Positions 1 through 12,170 of a stretch of 64,000 bases of DNA are shown piece after piece. The translations under genes and the position numbers were made by a program. Below the pieces are notes generated by a model. That model saw only the letters and a list, made by a program, of their open reading frames with translations, was not told where the DNA came from and ran no database searches. Origin of the DNA: the human T2T-CHM13v2.0 reference genome, Homo sapiens. The stretch lies in NCBI RefSeq assembly GCF_009914755.1, contig NC_060928.1; one strand, written 5' to 3'. Numbering within the stretch: the stretch's first letter is position 1; the number at the start of each line of letters is the position of its first letter.

Positions 1-1684
1 TTCTTTCAAACTCCTATTAATGTTGATATTTTGACATCCTCCCATGAATGACAAATGTTCTTACTGTCATCTAGAATGATGAATCCTTTTCAGAAGGTTT
101 TTAATTTACTTTGCCCAGATCCATCAGAGGAATCACTATCTGGGGCAAGTAAAGCCTTACAAAATGTAATTCTTAAATAGTAAGACTTGAAATTTGAAAT
201 TGCTCTTTGATCCATGGGCTGCAGAATATCCATTTCGATTTTCAAGTATTATCAAGAATTACATTTTGTAAGGCTATACTTGGCATAGGATACAGTCCAT
301 GAAAACAATATTAATCTCTTTGTACTTCACCATCAAAGTTCTTGGCTGACAAGGTGTACTGTTAATGACCAGTAATATTTTGAAAGAAATCTTTCTTTCT
401 AATCAGTAGGTCTCAACACTGGGCTTAAAATATTCAGTAAACCATGCTGTAAACAGATGTACTGTCATCTAGGCTTTGTTGTTCCATTTACAGAGCACAG
501 ACACAGTAGATTTAGCATAATTCTTAAGGTCCCTAGGATTTTAAAAACGATAAATGAGCACAGGCTTAAACCTAAAGTCACTAGGTGTATGACTCCCTGA
601 CAAGACAGTCAGCATGTCTCTTAAAACTTTGAAGGATATGACTTCTCCTCTCTAGCTATGAAAGCCCTAGATCATGTCTTCTTCTAATAGAAGTCTGTTT
701 TGTCTACACTGAAAACTGTTGTTTAGTGTAGTCACCTTCATCAGTGATCTTAGCTAGATCTTCTGGATAAATCGCTGTAGCTTCTTTATCAGCACTTGCT
801 GCTTCACTTTGCACTTTTATGTTATAGAAAAGGCTTCTTTCCCTAAACTTCATGAACCAACTTCTGCTGGTTCCCAACTTTTATTCTGCAGCTTCCTCAC
901 CTCTCTTAGCTTTCAGACAACTTAAGAGAGTTAAGGCCTTGGTCTGGATTAGGCTTTGGCTTAAGGGAAGGTTGTAGTTGGTTTGATCTTCTCATCAGAC
1001 CACTAAAATTTTCTCCATATCAGTCATGAGGCTGTTTCACTTTCTTATTAGTCCTGTGTTCACTAGAGTAGCACACTTAATTTCTTTCCAGAACTTTTCC
1101 TTTGAATTCACAGTTTGGCTGTTTGGCACAAGAGGCCTAGCTTTCAGACTATCTTGGCTTTTGACATGCCTTCCTCATTAAGCTTAATCATTTCTGGTTT
1201 TTGACTTAAAGTGAGAGACATGTGACTCTTCCTTTCACTTGAACACTTAAGTACATTGTTTGGTTATTAACTGGCCTAATTTGAATATTGTTGTGTTTCA
1301 GACAATAGACATAGGGAAGCTTGAAGACAGGGAGAGACGGGGGAATGGCCAGTCAGTGGAACAGTCAGAACACACAACATTTATTGATTAAGTTCACTGT
1401 CTTATATGGGCACAGTTTGTGGTACCCCAAAACAATTACAATAGTAATATTAAAGATCACTGATCATGGATTACCATAACAAATACATAAATTATTAAAA
1501 AGTGTGAAATATTGGGAGTTTATCAAAATGTGACAAAGAGACATGAAGTGAGCACAAGCTGTGGGAAAATGGTACAGTGCTAATGGACTTGCTGAGCACA
1601 GGATTGCCACAAACTTTCAATTTGTAACAAATGCAATATCTGCTATGTGCAATAAAGTGAGGCCCAATAAAGTGAGTATACCTG
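1..1684 (-). mobile_element. Tigger1 DNA transposon (TcMar-Tigger), 5' part with decayed transposase; continues off the window start
   Basis: Minus strand begins CAGGTATACTCACTTTATTG... like the Tigger1 terminus. A degenerate transposase start (ATG at 1256-1254, followed by ...SVQVKGRVT/SERKS-like and LIQTKALTL-type sequence) matches recalled Tigger1; no long ORF remains. Confidence 0.92.
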
Positions 1685-2287
1685 TTCTTTATTCCAAATA
1701 TCATGTTAGAACAAAATAACTTCTATCAGTAGACCCAACACTTAAGGAACTTTGGGAGTCATTTTGATTTGGCAGTAGTAAATAATTTCTAGTTAAGACA
1801 GTGTCAGATTTTGTGTCCTCAACAAAGACAAAGCAAGAATGCATAAAATATAAGTAGGGAAAACTAAGAGGACATGTTTTAGGCTTAAAACTAAACAAAT
1901 ACCTCTATTAGAAATTAAAGAGAAAATAATGTGGAAATAGGATGAAACTGTAGGACTCTTTGGCTGGGTCAGAAGCAAGCAAAGGTGGCTGAGTCTTCTG
2001 CTCCTGCACAGTGATGGAGACAAAATGCCCCACTAAGCAAGAGGCTGCAGTTAGGATCCCTACTTGAACATATATGTGAAACATAGTCTGAAAAAGCTGG
2101 AGCTAAACTTTGTGTGAACTTACGTGCTAGAGGGAACACACATACACATCTCGTAGTGTAGATGGAGTGTGATGCAAGCTGAGACAATGAGTGGATCTCT
2201 GGTCTCTCCAATGTTAATACAGGAAGAAGCTAATGAATTGGGGGCCCCAGGGGACTGGGGCTAAACCAACTTAGTCACATAAACTTC

Positions 2288-2770
2288 TGTTGACTAAATA
2301 AAATAAAATTAAGCTTTAAAAAATTAAGGTTAGTTTTATTCAGAAGTCTTTCTGAGGATTACAGACTGAGGCCTGTAGCCTGGGAGCAGTTCTGTCAGAC
2401 TGCTCCAAGACAGTCTTTTAAATCACAGTTTATATACTGGTGGTGAAGATTCAGTATGTGCAAAAGCATATCAAAGTTTGGGTATAAGAGTACATCTGGT
2501 TATAGATTATGAAAGAACATTCAATTATAGATTGGAGAAGCATAATCACTATTGCTGTCAGACATTATCTTATGTGTAAGAAGAGGCCAGGCCAAGGTCA
2601 TTTGTCTTTTAAGGAATGCAGTGACTCAGATCAGAGATGAGATGCAGGGGGCCGAGTGCTCTATCCTGTTTTATCTGCAAAGAATTCTTCAGAAGAACTG
2701 CGTTTTATCACAGAGTCAGCAGTTCAAGCAGAAATGAACAAATATGCTTATGCCTTTTACTTTTTTCACA
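2288..2770 (-). mobile_element. Solo ERV1 LTR (MER4-group-like; subfamily not resolved)
   Basis: TG...CA ends with an exact 4-bp TSD CTTC (2284-2287, 2771-2774). TTTATT at ~2335 is the minus-strand polyA signal. A 4-bp TSD is typical of ERV1. Confidence 0.75.
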
Positions 2771-3037
2771 CTTCCAAAGTATATGAATAAAATAAGAAAC
2801 ATTTTGAAATACGTATTTTTTATGTGGTGAAAGAAAATACCACTAATAGAGAAAGAAAAAATATTGCTAAATCAATTGACAACCAACCAAAAAGCCCTAA
2901 AAAGAAATAATTATTGTTAGATATGAAATAATTTATTTTAAGAAGTTCTGAAATTTAAAAATAGAGTTTTTGAAGGAAAAAATCTTTACTAGATGAATTA
3001 TGACTAAGTTTGGACATAGTTGTCAAGAAGATTATTT

Positions 3038-3728
3038 ACTAGAACTACCATATGACCCAGCAATCCCTCTCCTGGGTACATACCCACAGAAAATGTAATA
3101 AGTACCTTGAGATATCTGCACTCCCATTTTCATTGCAACACTAGTCACAATAGCCAAGACATGAAATCAACCTAGGTGTTTATCGACAGATAAATGGACA
3201 AAGAAATTGTGAAATAATATTCCACCAATGGAATATTATTCAATATTACAAAATAATATACTACCATTTGCAAAAATATAGATGCATGGAGAGGACATTA
3301 TGCTAAATGAAATAAGCAAGACAAAGAAAAAATCATCTCACTTATATGTATAATCTAAAAACAAAAAAGTCGACTATATATAAATGGAGAGTAGAGAGGA
3401 ATTTACCATAAATCAGGCAGTGGAAATGGAAAGATACGGGTCAAAGGGTACAAATGTACAGTTACATAAGATAAATAAGTCTAGAGATCTAATGTATAGC
3501 AGGAGGACTATAATTGATAATGTATTAAATATTGAGAATTTTCTTAGTGAATAGATTTTAGGTGCTCTTACCTAAAATGTATGAATTTCATAGTAACCTT
3601 ATGAAAGGTAACTATGGAAGGTAATAGATACGTTAAATTTTTTTACCTATAGTAATTACTTCACTATGATGTTTATATCAAAACATCAAGTTGTATATCT
3701 TAAATTTATACAACAAAAAATCCAAAAA
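3038..3728 (+). mobile_element. L1MA-type 3' end (end of ORF2 plus 3'UTR)
   Basis: ctagaactaccatatgacccagcaatccctctcctgggtacataccc (ELPYDPAIPLLG motif of ORF2 C-terminus), an L1MA-like 3'UTR and an A-rich end. Confidence 0.85.
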
Positions 3729-4334
3729 AGGATTAATAAATGTCCTGGTGTAATTGGCTTGCCTGATGGAAGAAAAAAAACACAGACACATTCTTTCTAC
3801 CGAGCATAGATTTCAAATGCATCAAAGTTTGAAAATTTAGATGAAAACATATAAGAAATTATGAAAAATATTTAGAAAAAAATTTAAGATGCTTTGTATA
3901 GTCCTCTGGTATGTTCAGCTTTTAAGCAAGGTTGAAAACACATAGGGTGTAAGCAAATATATATATATATATACACATTAAATGAAATAATACCATACCA
4001 AGAGCTACATAAAGTCAAAATAAAAATAAACTATTTGCAACATTCGTATACAAATAGATTCTATAAGCTGACAAATATAAGGCAAATGAAATAGAGAAGC
4101 GGGCAAAAAATGTTAACAAATAAGTACAAACTAGATGGCCATTAAAAATATTTCCTGACTGGCAGTCAGGAAAATGCAAGTTATGACTACAATGAGAACA
4201 TTTTTTTTTCATGTACAAAATTGGTGAATATGAGAAATTTGATATTCAATATTGGAGAGTATGATGAATATAAGTAATATCATAGATTACTGGTGAAAAC
4301 ATGAATGGCTACAACAGAAACAGAACAGGAATAC

Positions 4335-4341
<7 letters not shown>

Positions 4342-4386
<45 letters not shown>
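4342..4386. repeat. (TA)n microsatellite, ~22 units
   Basis: Uninterrupted TA run seen directly. Confidence 0.97.
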
Positions 4387-4392
<6 letters not shown>

Positions 4393-4537
4393 TTAAATAT
4401 ACTTTAACCAAAAAATCCCATGTTTTTGTTATCTGTTCTATAGAAATAAACATACCAGTACAAAAGGATTGAGCAGTACTTATAGTGAAAACATGAAAAT
4501 ATTTTAGAGTAACTAGGAAAACACTGGGAAAATATGC

Positions 4538-6904
4538 TGTATTAGTCCATTCTCATGCTGCTAATAAAGACATACCTGAGACTGGGTAATTTATAAAGGA
4601 AAGAGGTCTAATTGACTCACAGTTCAGCGTGGCTAGGGAGGCCTCAGGAAACTTACAATCATGGCAGAAGGGGAAGCAAACATGTTCTTCATTACATGGA
4701 GGCAGCAAGGAGAAGGGGGGAAAGCCCCTTATAAAAACCATCAGATCTCGTGAGAATTCACTCACTATCACAAGAACAGCATGAAAGTACCTGCCCCCAT
4801 GATTAAATTACCTCCCACCAGGTCCCTTCCAGGACATGTGGGGTTATGGGAACTATAATTCAAGATGAGATTTGGGTGGGGACAGAGCCAAACCATATCA
4901 TTCCACCCCTGACCCCTCCCAAATCTCATGTCCTCACATTTCAAAACACAGTCATGCCCTTCCAACAGTCCCCAAAGTTTTAACTCATTCCAGCATTAAC
5001 TCAAAAGTCCAAGTCCAAAGTCCCATCTGAGACAAGACAAGTCTCTTCCACCTATGAGCCTGTAAAATCAAAAGCAAGTTAGTTACTTCCTAAATATAAT
5101 GGGGTAAAGGCACTGCATAAATACAGCCATTCCAAATTAAAGAAATTGGCCGAAACAAAGGGGCTACAGGCCCCATGCAAGTGCAAAATCCAATAGGAAG
5201 TCATTAAACCTTAAAATTCCAAAATGATATTCTTTGACTCCATGTCTCACATACAGGGTACACTGCTACAAGAGGTGGGCTCCCATGGACTTGGGCAGAT
5301 CCACTCCTGTGGCTTTGCAGGGTACAGCTCTCCTCATGACTGCTTTCATGGGCTGGCATTGAGTGTCTGAGGCTTTTCCACACACACAGTACAAGCTGTC
5401 AGTGGAGCTACCATTCTGTAGTCTGGAGGAAGGTGGTCCTCTTCTCACAGCTATACCAGGCAGTGCCCCAGTGGGGACTCTGTATGGGTGCTCTGACCCC
5501 ACATTTCCCTTCTGAACTGCCCTAGCAGAGGTTCTCCATGAGGGCTTCTCCCCTGCAGCAAACTTTGCGTGGGCATCCCGGCATTTTCATATATCCTCTG
5601 AAATCTAGTCAGAAGTTCCCAAACCTCAGTTCTTCTGTGTAGCCACAGTCTCAACAACATGTGTAAGCTGCCAAGGATTGGGGCTTGCACCCTCTGAAGC
5701 AGTGGCCTGAGCTGTATGTTGGCCCCTTTTAGCTGCAGTTGGAGCTGAAACAGCTGGGACACAGGGCACCACGTTTCAAGGCTACATAGAGCAGGGGGGC
5801 CCTGGGCCTGGCTAACGAAATCATTTTCTTCCTCCTAGGTCTCCAGACCTGTGATGGGAAGGGCTGCTGTGAAGGTCTCTGACATGCCCTGGAGACATTT
5901 TCCCCCATTGTCTTGGTGATTAACATTTGGCTCCTTGTTACTTATGCAAATTTCTGCAGCTGGCTTGAATTTCTCCTGAGAAAATAGGGTTTTCTTTTCT
6001 ATTGCATTATAAATTTGCCAAACTTTTATCCTCTGCTTCCTCTTGACTGCTTTGTCGCTTAGAAATTTCTTCCACCAGATAAGCTAACTCATCTCTCTCA
6101 AATTCAAAGTTCCACAGATCTCTAGGGTAGGGGCAAAATGCTGCCAGTCTCTTTGCATAGCAAGAGTGACCTTTACTTCAGTTCCCACCAAGTTCCTCAT
6201 CTCCATCTGAGACCATGTCAAACTGGACTTTATTGTCCATATCATTATCATTTGGCAGTTTGGTCAAAGCCATTCAACAAGCCTCTAGGAAGTTCCAAAG
6301 TTTCCCACATCCTCCTGTCTTCTGAGCCCTCCAAGTCTCTAGGAAGTTCCAAAGTTTCCCACACCCTCCTGTCTTCTGAGCCCTCCAAGTCTCTAGGAAG
6401 TTCCAAACTTTCCCACATTTTCTTGTCTTCTTCTGAGCCCTCCAAATTTTTCCAACCTCTGCTTGTTACCCAGTTCCAAAGTCGCTTCCAAATTCTCAGG
6501 TATCTTTACAGCACCCACTCTCAGTACCAATTTACTGTATTGGTCTGTTCTCATGTTGCTAATAAGACATACCTGAGACTTGGTAATTTATAAAGAGATT
6601 GTATTGACTCACAGTTCAGCGTGATGGGGCAGGCCTCAGGAAACTTACAATCGTGGCAGAAGGGGAAGCAAACATATCCTTCTACACACAGCAGCAGCAA
6701 GGAGAAGTGCCAAGCCAAAGAAGGAAAAGCCCCTTATAAATCCATCAGATATCATGAGAACTCACTCACTAGCATGAGAACAGCAAGAGGGTGACTGCCC
6801 TCATGATTAAATTACCTTCCACTGTGTCCCTCCCATAACATGTGAGGGTTACGGGAACTACATTCAAGATGAGATTTGGTTGGGGACAAACCCAAGCCAT
6901 ATCA
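4538..6904 (-). mobile_element. Full-length THE1 (THE1C-like) ERVL-MaLR provirus: LTR 4538-4900, internal 4901-6535, LTR 6536-6904
   Basis: Two similar LTRs (tgtatt[a/g]gtc...ccatatca) flank a THE1-int sequence. Exact 5-bp TSD TATGC at 4533-4537 and 6905-6909. Confidence 0.95.
6278..6445. repeat. Tandem 54-bp repeat x3 inside THE1 internal region
   Basis: Units begin caag[c/t]ctctaggaagttcc at 6278, 6332 and 6386; minus-strand translation repeats LEGSEDRRxWETLELPRD. Confidence 0.95.
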
Positions 6905-6909
6905 TATGC

Positions 6910-9332
6910 CTACTAAGGCAGCAGAACTGGCTGGTTACTGTTAAGTTGTGCTTATGCTCTGCAAGGATAATGAGAGATGAGAGTTGTTAACAGCGAGTTT
7001 GATAAACACAAAGCCCAAGTTATGGCTTATAAAGAGGACCTCATTGCCTGTAGTAGAAGGACAGACATAATTGGAAAAGTAGCCTGAAGGTCTAATTTTT
7101 GAGAGTTGCCGAGCTCGATAGATAGTTGAACTCCCAACCAAGGTGCGTTATGCTGAGGTCAGGATGCTGATCAGGAAAACCTGGAATCCTGAAAACATGA
7201 GTGGAGACATCTGGAAGGATGCCTCTGAGGATGTGGATTCTGCATTGCCTCCAATCCCTAGGCCTGCAGAAGTGGTCTGCCTCTTCCTAATAAGAGCTGG
7301 TAAGTACACTGCAATGGAGGATGCTGCAGAAGCCTCTCCCCCACAAGGCAATAGGGGCTCCCGTCGGATACTTCCCACCTCCTCCAACCTAGGTATTGGG
7401 TTGATAAATAGGACGAAATCCCAGCATAGCCCAACTGGTGGCATGCTGGCATGATAAAGGAGAAAAGACTATACAACTAAGAAATTACAAGAACTAGCTG
7501 GCATGTGCCAGCAGGAGCCGCAGAAGTTCTCTGAAATTGGATGATGAAGGTGCTTGATCAAGGAACTAGAATGTCAGGCTGAAAAGCAGACGTTCATTTG
7601 ACATGGGAACACTTTCTTGAGAAGAGATTTAACACCCTAGCAAGGACCCTGGGGGATGAGTTAAACTCACTGCCCACTGCTGTGTGGCTCTTAGAAGTCT
7701 GGAATAAACACTGACCATGTCTCAGTGACATAAAAATGCCTGTGTCCCCTTGCAGAGCTTAAAAAAGGAACACAAAAATGGAGAAAAGTAAATGATGAGG
7801 CTTGCTTACTAGGTCAAGCCAGATATATTAGGTGAAGCCAGAAAATCCACCAGAGGAGTATGCTCCATGTGAGGGGCCCAGAGACTATATTTTCCAAGGC
7901 CATCAGGAATGTGTTGCTAAGAGGGATACCAACATCAGTAAGAAGTGCAATGGCAGCTCTTCTGTGCAGGCCAGGCATGCAGGTGGGAGAGACGCTTATA
8001 TAACTGAGCTCATTAACATCCTTTGGGATGAAGGACCCCAAAGTACTAGAGGTCAAACAGCAGTGCTTAATCACCAGAAGCCAGGAGCCCACAGTGTTCA
8101 TAAAATAGGTAAGGTAGGAGGAGAATCCAAAAGGACTTGACCAGCAGGGAATTGTAGAGATGGATAATAGACCATAGTGTCTTTAGAGGAAAAATAAATG
8201 GACCAACCAATAATGGTTAAATTGCTGCTTTAAATCAGACATTTTGAGGAGCATTGGAAACAGGATTTGGGTCAACGTTGATATTTAAAGACACAAGACT
8301 TCATCATCGTCTCCTTGTTACAGTGGAAATCTATAAAGGCCAATTAACAAGGGGGTCCTAGTTACAGTCTGACTCCCAGTGGACTTGCCTGCCCCAGACA
8401 ATGGATGATCAGTTTCCCAATCATTGGGTGCATAAACGGCAGTTAGAATTAACTTCCACATTGAGTTCTTGGTCTATAGAATAAGAGCTAACATACTGGT
8501 GAAGGCCAAACGAAAACTTCTGAAACTGCCCCCTCCTCTTGACCTTCCTCCCAAATATATCCAAACCAATATCATCTCACTGGGGGAAAGTACAGATTAG
8601 TGCCACCATGAGAGACATAACATATTTAAGCATTGTTGTCCCTATCATATCTCTACTTAATTCTGGCTCCTGCGGAAATCAGAGGGAACTTAGAGAATGA
8701 TGACAGGTGTAGCCAGGCAGCAGCCCCAGTCATAGCTACAGTGCTAAATGTGGTATCTTTGTTAGAATGTATTAATAAGTTGCCAGGTACATAGTATAAA
8801 GTCATTCCACTGTATTCCAATTAGAAAGGAAGATCAGAAATATTTGCATTCACATGAGCAGCAAAATTATTATTTAAATTTTTGGTGTGCAGTTGTGATA
8901 AATTGCCCTCTGCCATTGTATATTACACAGAGATCTGGAACACCAGGACACCCCATAGAACAATACACAATTCGTTACAGTGACAACATCAAGTTGACAA
9001 GGCAAGTAAGAGGTACTTAGTGTACTGGAAAGTTTTCTAAGATACAGTCTCCTATGAATCTGAAGTGAGGCCATGCCATCAGCAACAGAGAATTCCACAC
9101 CCTTTTGAGAAACAGAAACTTTTCACTGGATTCTGATATTGATGAAATTCTTGATTACAGGGCACAAAATTATCCCGCACCTAGAACCACCCATTTTAGA
9201 TTGAATTCTGTCAACCAAGCCAAGCCATAATTGGACTGGCTCTATTTCCTTTCACACAGGCATTTTCTTAATAAAATCCTTGCACATTTTATCTTATATT
9301 GGTATTTGCCTCTCAGAGGACAGGCACTAACA
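6910..9332 (+). mobile_element. Decayed ERVL (ERV3-16A3/HERV16-like) gag-pol with a remnant of an LTR16-type 3' LTR; a short 5' stub lies at ~4505-4537, before the THE1
   Basis: Gag-like LIRKTWNPENMSGDIWKD (7167-7220) and YTTKKLQELA. RT-like PIRKEDQKYLHS/FAFT and xHRDLE...YSDNIKL (degenerate YIDD) around 8820-9000. RNaseH-like PFEKQ at ~9100. Ends aataaaatccttgcac...cctctcagaggacaggcactaaca. Many stops and frameshifts. Confidence 0.8.
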
Positions 9333-9404
9333 TGCCTGCCTTTTATTCATTCCTTTTTCCTAATGTTCCTTGAGAAATTATCAGCTACAAGAAAATGCAG
9401 CTCT

Positions 9405-9505
9405 CTGGAACATAAACACCATGAGGAGAGGAATTTGTGTCTGTTTGTTTACCTGTTCCTGGCACTGTGCCTGACCCACCTCAGCATTCAACAGATAGAT
9501 GTTCA
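9405..9505 (+). mobile_element. L2 3'-end fragment
   Basis: caccatgaggagaggaatttgtgtctgtttgtttacc...ggcactgtgcctgac resembles the L2 terminus. Confidence 0.55.
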
Positions 9506-9794
9506 GGGAATAAAGGTGCCCTCTGGGGCAATAAAATAAAAATAAGTGTCTGAAACTTAAATACATTCTCTGGCTGAGCAGTAGATGTTTGAAATGTGCA
9601 ACACGCTATCTCTGAGTAGTATAAGGTAAAAAGTGATTCCTCATGGTAAGAAACTACAAGATGATGAAATTCCCACAGTGAATAACAGGAGCAACTGATA
9701 ACAAATAGGACACAATTAACCAGCATTTACTGAAAATCTTACAGCCGAGGTCTGACAAAAGACACTATATGTGCCTTAGCTCAAAAAGTTTAGA

Positions 9795-9838
9795 TAACAA
9801 ACCTGCACAGGTACCTGCTGAATCTGTAATTTAAAAAA
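9795..9838 (+). mobile_element. Extremely 5'-truncated L1 (L1PA/PB 3' tip) with TSD
   Basis: taacaaacctgcacaggtacctgctgaatctgtaatttaaaaaa resembles the L1P terminus; flanked by aaaaagtttagataa (9783-9797) and aaaaaggtttagataa (9834-9849). Confidence 0.75.
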
Positions 9839-11804
9839 GGTTTAGATAAGAAGACAAAACATATGATATGCCTAAGAAATAGCATGAGAATAACTGAAGT
9901 GTTTCACAGTTAAACACAAGGTGAAACAACATAAGTTCAAAATTGATGTGCCAGAGTCATCTAATACATGTGATGGTTAGAGAATTGAATCCCTAAAGAC
10001 TTGGAAAAGAAAACCCTGTGCTGTATGTATTCATAGAAGCTAGAGTCTCGGGGCTATAGGGGTCAGTGTTCAAGTTTTAAAACATTATTTTTTATTAAGC
10101 TGTGGAGGTCATTAATGCAAAATAGGAATTTTAGAGGCATCTAAAGAATTAAAGCATTTATTTTAGCGCCTTTATGTATAAAAATGCTTTAGTTTCGCTC
10201 TCAGAAATTGAGCACACAATGTCCAGTGGCTTCTCTGCAGGTCAACTCATGGTAGTTTGGGAACCACTCTACGAAGTATAAGCTTCTTTAAAAATGCTTA
10301 TGAATGTCTTGTGAAAGACTTGATGCACAGACAGTGCAATTCCGGCTAAAATTTCCCCTGAAAGTCAGAGATGACTCATTTTCATTGTCCATTTGCTAAC
10401 AATAACACTTTAGTAAAAAAAAAAAAAAAAAAATCTTTAAAGGTAGGATGAAGAGATGAAGATAAAAGTAAAGAATAAGATGAATCTTAAAAAAAGCTCT
10501 GTAAAGAAATTCACCTGACATAATATTTGAGCCTTTTTCAATAAGTGGAGTTTCGCCTTTCTTATATGAATTACACTCAGGGAGAGAAAAGGAGTGAAAA
10601 GATGCCTGCAAGATGTTTCATTCAAATATGAGAGAATACAACAAAAGTCCATTAATACGACTATCAAGAGAGGAATAATAGAGCTAAAAAGTGCTTACGG
10701 ATCCAGAACAGCAAAAGAAGATACAGGTCTCACAAATACCTCTAACATAAGTTATAAAAAATAAAACATCTTTTTGTGCTTTAAAATCTGTGACAAATGC
10801 TGATTAAATTCACCCTGAGAGCATGTCAATTTGAAAAGGGGATTATAAATGTACATGCCGCCAGGTGCTCTCCTTTCTAAGGGGGGCAGTGAGTGTATCC
10901 ATTTAAATCATTCAAATATGTATGGTGTCAGCACTGGCACATTTAGAATGAGAGCAAAACTGGATGAAAATTGGAATAACATTGGCCTTCTGGAGGGTTA
11001 GGGAGGCTTTCCTGCAGCAGGTTGGCAATTTGTCACATCAGCCCCTTCATGAACTATCAACCTCATTACCGCGGTTCACTGTACAGTTGCCCCTTGGGAA
11101 TCTAATACTAATAGCATGTAGAGGGTGATGAGGCCTGTGGTCTCAACTACTTCATTATTGATTCACTTAAAAATATTCCACCTACATATTTGAATAAAAT
11201 AGGTGATACATTAGAAGGGGAAAAACACCAAAAACATCTACAATCAATTGAAGTAGGGGTAAAAAACAAGAAAGGGATCCAGGCAGTAATAGCACCACAA
11301 AAGCAAGTCTTGGAAAGGTAGAGGGTGAATAATTTTGTGTGACAGCTACCATTTATTTATTCTGTTGTGTGAGACCGTGCATCAACCTTTAACAGCTATA
11401 ACTGTACATTTAGTAGGGCTACTAAGTGAAATAGGTCTTGGATATATTTTTAAGACCCTGCAAAGACGTATAGAGCCAGGATGTTTGAAGGACATATATT
11501 TAACCAGCAAAATACACATTGAGAGTCTTTTCAATGCCTTTAGCCAGAAAAGAGGATAATGGTTCATTTCTAATGTTCCAAGCTGATGAGAAATGTATGC
11601 ATATATATTAACACATAATTTTCTCCAATATATATAGATACATATAAATATATAAAACAAACATTTAACAGAGATCCATCTCTGGAGAACCAGAACTCAC
11701 CTGTGAGAAAGTATCTGGTTACTTGAAGATTCTCTCCTCATTTAGCAGCAATGGATTTTTACTATATCGATTGTTTTAAGCACTGAAACAACATATGTAT
11801 GCAC

Positions 11805-11826
11805 GTGTGTGTGTGTGTGTGTGTGT
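11805..11826. repeat. (GT)n microsatellite
   Basis: Seen directly. Confidence 0.95.
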
Positions 11827-11959
11827 CTGTATGAATGCTGATTCCTCTGTGTTTTATATTTATTGATTCATTAATAATGCAAAAAATACAGAAGCAGCAA
11901 CACTTAATTGTTGAAAGGTTAATATACACTGAGATATTTCAACTATAAGTACTTTCAGA

Positions 11960-12170
11960 CTATAGATTGTATTGTCTGATAACAGTAGTCACTAGCTTCA
12001 TTGGTTATTTATAAGTTAATTAACATTAAATAAAATTTAAAAATCAGTTCACCGGCCACACCAGCCACATTTCAAATGATGAGTATGGGTGACTCATGGC
12101 TACTGTAATGAACAGAACAGGTATACTACATTTCAACAAGCAGAAATTTATATTAGATAGTGATGATTTA
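11960..12170. mobile_element. MER3/MER33-like hAT-Charlie MITE
   Basis: gtagtcactagc...aaataaaatttaaaaatcagttc...cacaccagccacatttcaaatg...ggctactgtaatgaacag pattern. Confidence 0.7.

Noticed and set aside
6278-6445. Regularly spaced repeats as a CRISPR-like array (also 18305-18433)
   Set aside because: Head-to-tail units with no unique spacers, in primate DNA with no cas genes.
6138-6593. 151-aa ORF with repeated SSEPSKSLGSSK
   Set aside because: Antisense reading of the 54-bp THE1-int tandem repeat; not a gene.
7143-8140. ERVL gag-like ORFs as a domesticated retroviral gene
   Set aside because: Only ~100-aa pieces broken by stops and frameshifts; the gag 5' end is disrupted by THE1.
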